From Archangium sp. (lineage in GTDB: Bacteria; Myxococcota; Myxococcia; Myxococcales; Myxococcaceae): DNA of 64,000 nucleotides. The stretch lies in NCBI GenBank assembly GCA_022843845.1, contig JALHMW010000002.1, positions 91,559 through 155,558 on the forward strand, read 5' to 3'. Both the position numbers and the translations under genes were made by a program. The notes beneath the pieces were generated by a model. It ran no database searches, was not told where the DNA came from, and worked only from the letters and a program-made list of their open reading frames with translations. Positions 55,524 through 64,000 of the stretch are shown piece after piece. Position 1 is the stretch's first letter. Every line of letters starts with the position of its first letter.

Positions 55524-56627
55524 TCAGCGCAACGAGGGCGCAGGACGCCCGAGCTCCAGCGCCAGCCGCTGCACGAGTGAGTCGATGGGATCGAGCTTCG
55601 AGAAGATCGCGTTGGCGAGCGACTCTTCACCCAGCGCCCGCAGCTCGTCAGGGCTCGCGGCAGAGAACAGAAACAACCGCAGACCGGTCTCGTTGCCATG
55701 GCGTCGCACGCGCTCGAGGAGGCCCCGGCCATCGATGTACGGCATGTGGAGATCGAGCACGACGAGATCGAGCTCGAAGAGCAGATCGGTCAGCGTGTTG
55801 AGCCCTTCGCGGCCGTCTTTCGCGGTGACGACGTCGACGCCCATGGGCTCGAGGACCTTCGTGATGGTGCTGCGCCAGATCGCCTCGTCGTCGATCACCA
55901 GCACGCGGGGCCGGCGCAGCTCGTATTTCGCCAGGAGCGACTCAATGGCGTGCAAGAGAGGCTCATTGGATCCGACGAACTGCACCCCGACGCCTGGCGC
56001 TGGGCCGGTGGTGATCCGGTGCACGACGACGACGGGCACCTCGAGCTTATCCCCGGTCGGGAGCGTCATTCGCAGGGGAAGGTGACGGTGGAGCTCCGGC
56101 TGCGGGGTGCACGCGACGAACATGCCTCCATGCGAGATGTCGGCGGCGTAACGCTCGGCGAGGTGGGGCACGTCGGTGAACTGCACGTCGAGGGCGGTCT
56201 CGAAGCGCTCCGACTTCCGCGCGATGCCCGAGGGCTGGTGCACGGGGCGGCCGGCGTGGTGTTCCTTCGCGTGACGGGCAATGCACGTGAGCAGGGCAGG
56301 AGACGGGAGCAGCTCGACCACGGTGCGGGTGTCGTCGAGGATCTTCAGGCGCTGGGCCGGGAACCGATCGTCACCGATCAGCAGCGTGCAGCCGACGGGT
56401 GACTCGAGGTGCTTCTCGAGCGGCGCCTCGAGCTTGAGCGCGCCATCGGTGATCGCGTGGGCCCAGAGCCGGGCGAACGTCTCCATGTCGTCGAAGCGAC
56501 CGATGGCCACTTCGTCGTCGAAGGAGAGCGGGAGGACGGCGCGGGGGCCCTCGACAGGCAGCCCACGCGGCTGCGCGGGGGTCGGGGAGGGGCGGGAGAT
56601 GAACGTCGCGACGGACTTGGAGGCCAC
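55524..56627 (-). CDS. Hybrid protein: N-terminal domain, TIGR02266 PilZ domain and C-terminal response-regulator receiver
   Basis: PilZ: RYAADISHGGMFV. REC: RVLVIDDEAIW..VLDLHMPYIDG..LFSAASP (phospho-accepting Asp in LDLHMP). Confidence 0.7.
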   Translation of the reverse strand: MASKSVATFISRPSPTPAQPRGLPVEGPRAVLPLSFDDEVAIGRFDDMETFARLWAHAITDGALKLEAPLEKHLESPVGCTLLIGDDRFPAQRLKILDDTRTVVELLPSPALLTCIARHAKEHHAGRPVHQPSGIARKSERFETALDVQFTDVPHLAERYAADISHGGMFVACTPQPELHRHLPLRMTLPTGDKLEVPVVVVHRITTGPAPGVGVQFVGSNEPLLHAIESLLAKYELRRPRVLVIDDEAIWRSTITKVLEPMGVDVVTAKDGREGLNTLTDLLFELDLVVLDLHMPYIDGRGLLERVRRHGNETGLRLFLFSAASPDELRALGEESLANAIFSKLDPIDSLVQRLALELGRPAPSLR

Positions 56628-56727
56628 GGAGAATTTCTAACGGAGCGCTCCACAGCCCGACATTGGGTCTTGTTGAATCCGGGTCCTCCACGGGCGGCAG
56701 GTCGGCGCCTACCCGGAGAACGACTGC

Positions 56728-56812
56728 ATGCACGAGACGGGGCTTGAACCCGTACGGCCGTTTGGGCCTGCAGATTTTAAGTCCGCTGCGTCTACCAGTT
56801 TCGCCACTCGTG
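56728..56812 (-). tRNA. tRNA-Leu(TAA), type II
   Basis: The reverse complement is GCACGAG-U-GGCGAAACTGGTAGACGC-AGCGGACT-TAA-AATCTGC-variable arm GGCCCAAACGGCCGTAC-GGGTTCAAGCCCCGT-CTCGTGC-A. Anticodon UAA. Confidence 0.8.
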
Positions 56813-56836
56813 CCATGTGGGTATACCGCACGCCCC

Positions 56837-58486
<1,650 letters not shown>

Positions 58487-59890
58487 TTGTCGCGAAGCAC
58501 CGCCATCGTCGTCTGCCTGATTCTCGCGGGTGCTTCGTACTGGCTCGTTCCGGGCCTCGTTCACCCTGATGAGATCTTCCAGGCGCTCGAGCCGGCCAAC
58601 CGCGCTGCGTTCGGCTTCGGCGTCAAGGCATGGGAATGGGACGTCGGCCTTCGGAACTGGGCCGTGCCGGGCCTGCTCGCGGGGCTGCTGCGGCTCTGCG
58701 CGGCGCTCGACCTCGACGACGTCTGGGCGCGCCGTGGAGTGCTCTCGATTCCTTCGCTGGCGCTTCACGCGGCGGCGCTGCTGGCGGTGTTCCGGTTTGC
58801 GGCGCGGCGTCTCGACGCAACGCTCGCCACGTGGTGCGTGGCCCTCGTGGGCACTGCGCCCGTGGTGCTCCTCTTCGCCAATCGCACCCTGAGCGAGTCC
58901 TTCTCGGGAGCGCTGCTCCTCATCGCGTTCGAGCGCCTCGACGCGGCCGAAGTCGAAGGCCGGCGGGTCGCTTTCGTGAGCGGTGTGCTGTTCGGCCTGG
59001 CGGAGGTAACCCGCTACGGCACGGCGCCGTTCATTCTCGTCGTGCTGGTGTGGTTGGCGGCGCGACGCTCGGCACTGCTGCTCCCGCTCGTGGCTGGCGG
59101 CGGTGTGATCGCCCTCGCGCTCGGCGTTCTGGATGCTTCGACCTGGGGCGTGACCGTCGAGTCGCCTCGACTCGGCGGCTTCTGGCACTCGCTCGTCGAG
59201 TACACCGATTTCAACATCATCAAGGGCAAGGCCGGCGGGTTCGGGAGAAGCCCGTGGTGGGCCTACTTCCCTGTGCTCGGCGTGGTCTGGGTCGCGCTGA
59301 GCCTCGTTGTGTGGCGGTGGAACGAACGCCTTCGTGCGTCGCTCCCGTTGCTGGCGTCGCTGGTCTATCTGGTCTCGATCATGGCCGTGCCTCACAAGGA
59401 GGACCGCTTCGTGTACCCGGCGGCGCTGCTGCTGTTGATGATCTCGGCACCTGCGTTCGTCTGGCTCGCCTCTCGCCTGAGTGCACGTCTTCCCGGCCCC
59501 GCCGTCATCGCAGCGACGCTGCTCTCCGTTCCGCTCGTGCCCGACGGCTTGCTGCCGAAGGGCTCTGAGTTGATCACGCTGACAGCCCGTGCGCAGCGCG
59601 AGGGCTCTGGGCTGTTGATCGTCCACGCCGGACTCTGGGGCACTGGCGGGAGCTTCTTCGCGGGTGGCTCCAACCTGATGCGACTCGGCGATGACGTTCG
59701 GCCGACGGTGACGAGGCGCTGGTGCACAGCAGACGACGCTGACGACCCGGGTTTCGTACGCGCGGTCGCCGACGACTCCGTCAGGCGCGCCATCGTGTTG
59801 AACCCGACCGACGTGACGACGCTGTCTTTGACGAGCGCGGGCTTTCGTCAGACTGATTCCCTCGGAGACGCTGCGTGGTTCGAGCGATGA
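58487..59890 (+). CDS. GT-C glycosyltransferase of the Alg9/PIG-B-like (GT22, PF03901-type) mannosyltransferase family
   Basis: LVHPDEIFQALEPANRAAFGFGVKAWEW matches the N-terminal HPDE..FQ..WEW signature recalled for GT22. About 10 TM helices. TTG start directly after the ffh stop; no ATG alternative in frame. Confidence 0.6.
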   Translation: MSRSTAIVVCLILAGASYWLVPGLVHPDEIFQALEPANRAAFGFGVKAWEWDVGLRNWAVPGLLAGLLRLCAALDLDDVWARRGVLSIPSLALHAAALLAVFRFAARRLDATLATWCVALVGTAPVVLLFANRTLSESFSGALLLIAFERLDAAEVEGRRVAFVSGVLFGLAEVTRYGTAPFILVVLVWLAARRSALLLPLVAGGGVIALALGVLDASTWGVTVESPRLGGFWHSLVEYTDFNIIKGKAGGFGRSPWWAYFPVLGVVWVALSLVVWRWNERLRASLPLLASLVYLVSIMAVPHKEDRFVYPAALLLLMISAPAFVWLASRLSARLPGPAVIAATLLSVPLVPDGLLPKGSELITLTARAQREGSGLLIVHAGLWGTGGSFFAGGSNLMRLGDDVRPTVTRRWCTADDADDPGFVRAVADDSVRRAIVLNPTDVTTLSLTSAGFRQTDSLGDAAWFER

Positions 59891-61366
59891 AAGCGCTGAT
59901 TCCAGCCGTCGGCGTCGCCGCGATTCTCGTATGGGGCGCAGGGCTGTTTGCAGAGGATCTCGCGCGGGGCCTGTTGGGTGCTTCGCTCATTGCGGCGATC
60001 GTCCTGAGCCGACGCAAGCAACCGCTCGAAGCACCCTCCTGGCTCGCGCCTGTGTTCGGCGGACTGCTGGTCTCGCTGCCGCTCGTGGTCTTCGCACATG
60101 GCTGGAGCCGCGTCCTCGCGGGGCGGATGGGCATCGACTTCGCGCTGTTCTCGCAATGCGTCCACGGCATCGCGATGACAGGTGTCCCCACCACGTCGCT
60201 GCTCGGGTCCGAGCCCATCAACTTCTTCACGCATCATTTCGCGCCGGTGCTCTACGCGCCCGGAGCGTTGGCGGCGCTTGGCGTCCCTGCGCCCCTCGCG
60301 TTGCTCATCATCCACTCGCTGTCCTTCGCGGTGAGCCTCGGCGGGCTGGTGGTCGCGGCCCGCAAGCTCGGGCTCACTCCCTTCGTCGCGGTCGGCTGGG
60401 CGCTCGTCGTTGGCCTCAGCCCGAATGTGCGGCCCGAGATGCTCTGGGGCGTTCACGACGAGGTGCTCTCGGTTCCCTTCGTCATCTGGGGCTTCGTCGC
60501 GCTGCTCGACAGGCGGCCTGTGCTCTCGATGCTGCTCGTGCTCGCGAGCGCCATCGGCAAAGAGTCGTACTTCGCCCTGCCGGCGCTCTGGTTGCTGGTC
60601 GTGTGGCGGTGGGAGCGACCATCGCGACGCTCCATGATGGTGTGCTCGGTGATCGCGCTCATCAGCGTGTTTGCCGGCTCGTTCTACGTCTTCGGCCAAC
60701 CGCTCTGGGCCGACAAGTCGTTCGATCACCTCGAGAAGCTGGCTCCGGCCGCAGCAACGCTCTTCTCGACCCTCGGAGCGCGCGTGGGCTTCCTCTCGAG
60801 CTTCTTCGTGTGGCTCCTGTTCCTTCCCCTGTCAGCTCGCGCGCTCGCCTCGTGTCGCTGGCCGCGCTGCCGTTCATTGGGCTCGGCCTCGTTGCAGAGG
60901 ACACCGAGATGTACCGCTTCACGGGTTACCACTCGATCGTCCCGCACATGCTGCTTGGGCTCGCCGGCGCAGTGGGACTTGCTGAGTCACGTTCGAGCAT
61001 CGTGCAGTGGTTCCACCGCCAAGCACCGACGGTGTTGATCGCCGGACTCGTGTGCCTGCAGCTCTCGTGGAACGCCCGGAGCCTGTGGAGCCCGCGCGCG
61101 AAGCGGCAACCCAGCGGTGGTACCCCGCGCCGGAGTTGACGTCACTGCCTCGCGACGAACTCGTCGCCGTCGATCCTGCGGCTGCGTTGGTCATGCTCGA
61201 CCATCGCGTCGTGCGTGTCTTCCTTGCCGAGGAGCGACAGCTGTCTGTTCGCCGAGTCGTCGCTCGGCCGGAGGGCTGGGAACTCCCAGGCCCGTTCTTG
61301 CGCGAGACGCACGTCGCCTGCGCGCAGGACTCGTCCTCGCTCTCGTGGTGCCCGAAGCCGCCTTAG
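59875..61366 (+). pseudogene. DUF2079-like membrane protein paralog, apparently disrupted by two frameshifts (or sequencing errors)
   Basis: Frame 0 (59875..~60830) gives a membrane-protein-like sequence with FFTHHFAPVLY, WGVHDE motifs paralogous to 53973..55520. Sense continues in frame +2 (SLAALPFIGLGLVAEDTEMYRF..) to ~61100. It then continues in frame +1 (WYPAPELTSLPRDELVAVD..GWELPGPFL) to 61366. Confidence 0.45.
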
Positions 61367-62943
61367 CCAGCGCGCCGCAGGTACTCCGTCAACCACGGGA
61401 ACGCCTCGCCGACCGCCTCCGCGTTGCGTTGCATCGTGGTGATCCACTCCGCGTTCCTCGATCGCATCAGCGCATCGACCCAGTGCCGCATCGCCGCGTT
61501 GGCCGTCTCCGGAGTCAGCTCCAGCTCGAGCGCGGTGTCCTGGCCTGAGAGGAGATCGAACACGAGCACGCCAAGGCCCGCTTCGGGATCGCCTGCGAGC
61601 AACGTGCGGGTGAGCGCTTCGGCCGCCGTGAGCTGCCCGTCGGCCAGGAGCGCCTGCGCCAGACGAAGCGCCGCAGGGCCAGACGGCGGCACCCCCGCCG
61701 CACGACGCAGTGGAGGGATCGCCACCGACACGTTCCCCAGGGTCAGCGCGGCATCGCCCACCGCCCACGACAGCTCCGGCGACACGCCATGGCGAAGCTC
61801 GTGCGCCGCGACCCACGAGGCCAGCCCGGCGGTCCCTTCGAGCTGCAGTCGCAACGCCGCCGCTGCGACGAGCGCCTCGGGATCTCTCGGCTGCACCTCG
61901 AGCGCTTCGTCGACGTGCGCCAACGCTTCAGCTGCTGCGCCCTTCATCAACGCCAGCCGCGCCAGGCCCAGCCGCGGCCGCACGCTCGTGAGCTGGTGAT
62001 CGCCGAGCAGCTCTCCAAGCTCGAGACACCGCGTGAAGTCTGCCTCTGCCTTGTCCATCGCGCCCAGCGCCTCGTGATGCTGCGCGCGCCGATGAAAGAA
62101 GGGCGCACCTGGCACGAGGAACGGCTCCCAGCGATCGAGGAACAGCAGACCCACCTGCCCATCGGCCCGGAAGAGGCCCTCGGCGATCAGCGCGATCAGC
62201 TCCCCGGCCCACGGCACGCCGCGCAGCACCTCGAGCCCCGCTTCGTCGAGCACCCCGATGGAGCGCCTCGCCGCGTCGTTCCACAACACGCTGTCACGCC
62301 AGAACCTGGCCAGCTCGAGCACCTTGAGGTGGCTGTAGAAGTCGTGTGGATCGCTGCGCAGGCACTTCTCGAGCAAGCCCAGATCGCGCTGCTTCTTCTC
62401 TTTCGCGGCCGCGCGGGTGCGCACGTACCCGAGGTGATCGACCGGCGCCTCGATGCGCTCGATGGTTCGGCCAGTGCGCCCCAGCATGCGCGCCACCTCG
62501 CTCGAGCAGTCTTCGTGAATCGCGTGCCGGTAGCGGACCTGGTCGTCGCGGCGGAACGCTCTCAAGACCCACGACTCCCGGCGATGCCCGTAGGGCAGGG
62601 GATTCGAGACGCGCACGGTGACGGCGCCAACCGCCTCGTCGTCACACTTCGCGAGGAACGCCTTGATGAACTCAGGCGACACGCGCTCGTCGGCGTCGAG
62701 CACCAGCACCCAGTCGCCGGTCGCGTGCGAGAGCGAGGCGTTGCGCGCTGCAGAGAAGTCGTCGGTCCACGCGTGGTGAAAGACGCGCGCTCCGGCTGCG
62801 GCGAAGAGCTCGGCCGTGCCGTCGGTCGAGCCCGTGTCCACCACGATCAGCTCGTCCCAGAGGCCGCGCACCGACTGAATGAAGCCCGGCGCCATGTCGG
62901 CCTCGTCGCGGACGATCATCGCGATGCTGACCTTCGCGCTCAT
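61363..62943 (-). CDS. Family-2 glycosyltransferase with a C-terminal TPR domain
   Basis: GT2: MSAKVSIAMIVRDEAD..VVDTGSTDGT..VLVLDADERV (DxD). The C-terminal ~300 aa are TPR-like. The start overlaps the fliT-like stop. Confidence 0.75.
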   Translation of the reverse strand: MSAKVSIAMIVRDEADMAPGFIQSVRGLWDELIVVDTGSTDGTAELFAAAGARVFHHAWTDDFSAARNASLSHATGDWVLVLDADERVSPEFIKAFLAKCDDEAVGAVTVRVSNPLPYGHRRESWVLRAFRRDDQVRYRHAIHEDCSSEVARMLGRTGRTIERIEAPVDHLGYVRTRAAAKEKKQRDLGLLEKCLRSDPHDFYSHLKVLELARFWRDSVLWNDAARRSIGVLDEAGLEVLRGVPWAGELIALIAEGLFRADGQVGLLFLDRWEPFLVPGAPFFHRRAQHHEALGAMDKAEADFTRCLELGELLGDHQLTSVRPRLGLARLALMKGAAAEALAHVDEALEVQPRDPEALVAAAALRLQLEGTAGLASWVAAHELRHGVSPELSWAVGDAALTLGNVSVAIPPLRRAAGVPPSGPAALRLAQALLADGQLTAAEALTRTLLAGDPEAGLGVLVFDLLSGQDTALELELTPETANAAMRHWVDALMRSRNAEWITTMQRNAEAVGEAFPWLTEYLRRAG

Positions 62944-63209
62944 GGCTGATCTCCGTACGCCGTTGCCGCGCGGCGCGAGGTCGCGTGCGAGTCGATCGAG
63001 ATGTGCAGCTGAGCGAGCAGCCGGTTCGCCTTCTCCTGACACTCCTGGAACAGCGCGACCACCCGGGGGTCGTCGAAGGGCTTCGGCGTGCGCGTGAAGT
63101 CAGCCACCGCGTCGTCCACCAGGGCGGCGACCCCTTCGGCGTCGGCAGTGACGAGCGCAGCGCGCATCGCCTCGAGCCGCGAGACCAGGTGATCGTGCGC
63201 GGGGTTCAC
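62940..63209 (-). CDS. FliT/FlgN-like small helical flagellar chaperone candidate
   Basis: 89-aa helical ORF immediately downstream of fliS and overlapping both neighbours (fliD-fliS-fliT order, as in enterics). Confidence 0.35.
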   Translation of the reverse strand: MNPAHDHLVSRLEAMRAALVTADAEGVAALVDDAVADFTRTPKPFDDPRVVALFQECQEKANRLLAQLHISIDSHATSRRAATAYGDQP

Positions 63210-63595
63210 CGGGCGCCCGCCACGTCCGAGCTCATGCTGGCCACGGCCTGCTGGAACCCCTCGACGATCGGCGCAAACGCGCGCTCTGCTTCACGCACCA
63301 CCGCGGCGTCTTTCGAGAATGCCGCCATCGCCAGCCGCTGCGCCACGAAGAGGTACACCTGCCCGAGCGTGTCCGCGAGCTCGGGAGACACCGCGCTGTC
63401 CAGCGTGCCGGCGAGCTCGGTGACGATGTCGGACGCCTTGGTCAGCAGGGGCAACGCCACCGCGGGCTGCTTCGACTCGAGGTGGCCTGCCGCCACCCGC
63501 ATGTGCCGGAGCGCCGCCTCGAAGAGGAGCACCATCAGCCGCTCCTTCGACGCCGTCTCGCTCGTTGCCCTGGCGTATGCCCGTGCCGCGTTCAT
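63206..63595 (-). CDS. fliS: Flagellar export chaperone FliS
   Basis: RLMVLLFEAALRHMRVAAGHLE..IVTELAGTLD..LGQVYLFVAQRL is the FliS four-helix pattern. Confidence 0.7.
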   Translation of the reverse strand: MNAARAYARATSETASKERLMVLLFEAALRHMRVAAGHLESKQPAVALPLLTKASDIVTELAGTLDSAVSPELADTLGQVYLFVAQRLAMAAFSKDAAVVREAERAFAPIVEGFQQAVASMSSDVAGAR

Positions 63596-64000
63596 TTATT
63601 TCGTCTCCTGCTTCTCACGCGAGGTGAGGAAGCTGCCGATGCTCTTGAACCCGCCGACGACCTTCTCCATGGCGGTGAACTGTCTGACCAACTTCTCCCG
63701 ATACGCATCGACACGCCGCTGCAGATCCTCAATGCGGCCGTCCATCGTGCGGATCGATCGGTTGATGCCGTTCTGCCGTGCCACGAGAATGCTGCTCGAG
63801 CCGCTGGTGTAGCGATCGACGAGCGAGGTCGTCGCCGCCGCGATGCCGCTGCTCGCCGTCTGGAACAGGGCGTTCACCGCGCCCGCGTCGGTGGCGATGG
63901 CCTTCTCGAGGCGCGCCGCGTCGATGGTGAGCATGCCGTCCTGGCCGGTCTTGACGCCGATGTCGGCGAGCGTGCGCACCGCGCTGCCCGGGTTGGCTTC
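63596..64000 (-). CDS. fliD: Flagellar filament cap protein FliD, C-terminal part; the 5' end lies beyond the window
   Basis: C-terminal coiled-coil IEDLQRRVDAYREKLVRQFTAMEKVVGGFKS matches the FliD C-terminus. The ORF is open to the window end. Confidence 0.65.
   Translation of the reverse strand, partial: EANPGSAVRTLADIGVKTGQDGMLTIDAARLEKAIATDAGAVNALFQTASSGIAAATTSLVDRYTSGSSSILVARQNGINRSIRTMDGRIEDLQRRVDAYREKLVRQFTAMEKVVGGFKSIGSFLTSREKQETK

Overview
The window is about 70% GC, shows strong GC3 codon bias, and carries a dense gene set typical of a Myxococcota-type chromosome. Lineage-typical families are read from motifs only: three 'gmx' PilZ (TIGR02266-like) domain proteins, a TIGR02996 repeat-companion protein, a MYXO-CTERM sorting tail, two TPR-tailed Ser/Thr kinases, many lipoproteins and an AgmX/PglI-type TonB-C domain. 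No transposase, integrase or CRISPR array was found, so this looks like core chromosome and not a mobile island.

Main modules, in order:
1. Two tandem paralogous secreted DUF2330-like genes, a pentaheme c-type cytochrome fused to TPR repeats, and a TIGR02996 protein.
2. An acetoacetate-utilisation cluster: thiolase, a lipoprotein, scoA and scoB.
3. A single-domain PilZ protein, rlmD, a CoxE-like VWA protein, and a PilZ-linker-Hsp70 fusion that carries an intragenic 57-bp tandem repeat.
4. A TPR Ser/Thr kinase on the minus strand.
5. yfgM-like, bamB, a MutT-type Nudix gene and an RNase-H-like exonuclease, joined by ATGA/GTGA overlaps.
6. A complete minus-strand isc operon (iscS-iscU-iscA-hscB-hscA-fdx) with no iscR in cis but two IscR-type-1-like palindromes upstream. 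It is followed by tRNA-Leu(CAG) and three lipoprotein/hypothetical genes.
7. A flotillin-like SPFH protein, an alpha-less DsbD, plsB, accA, cmk, a BNR/MYXO-CTERM protein coupled to a second kinase, a bacterial ACE (M2 peptidase) homolog, an orphan moaC coupled to a WD40 protein, glutaredoxin, tRNA-Leu(TAA) and ffh.
8. The 3' end carries a candidate glycosylation neighbourhood. It has a GT22/Alg9-PIG-B-like (HPDE motif) GT-C mannosyltransferase, two polytopic DUF2079-like membrane paralogs (one apparently frameshifted) and a GT2-TPR gene translationally coupled to a fliD-fliS-fliT-like flagellar cap operon.

Many long antisense ORFs in the track are GC3 shadows and were rejected. All family assignments are from motif recognition and are untested by search.
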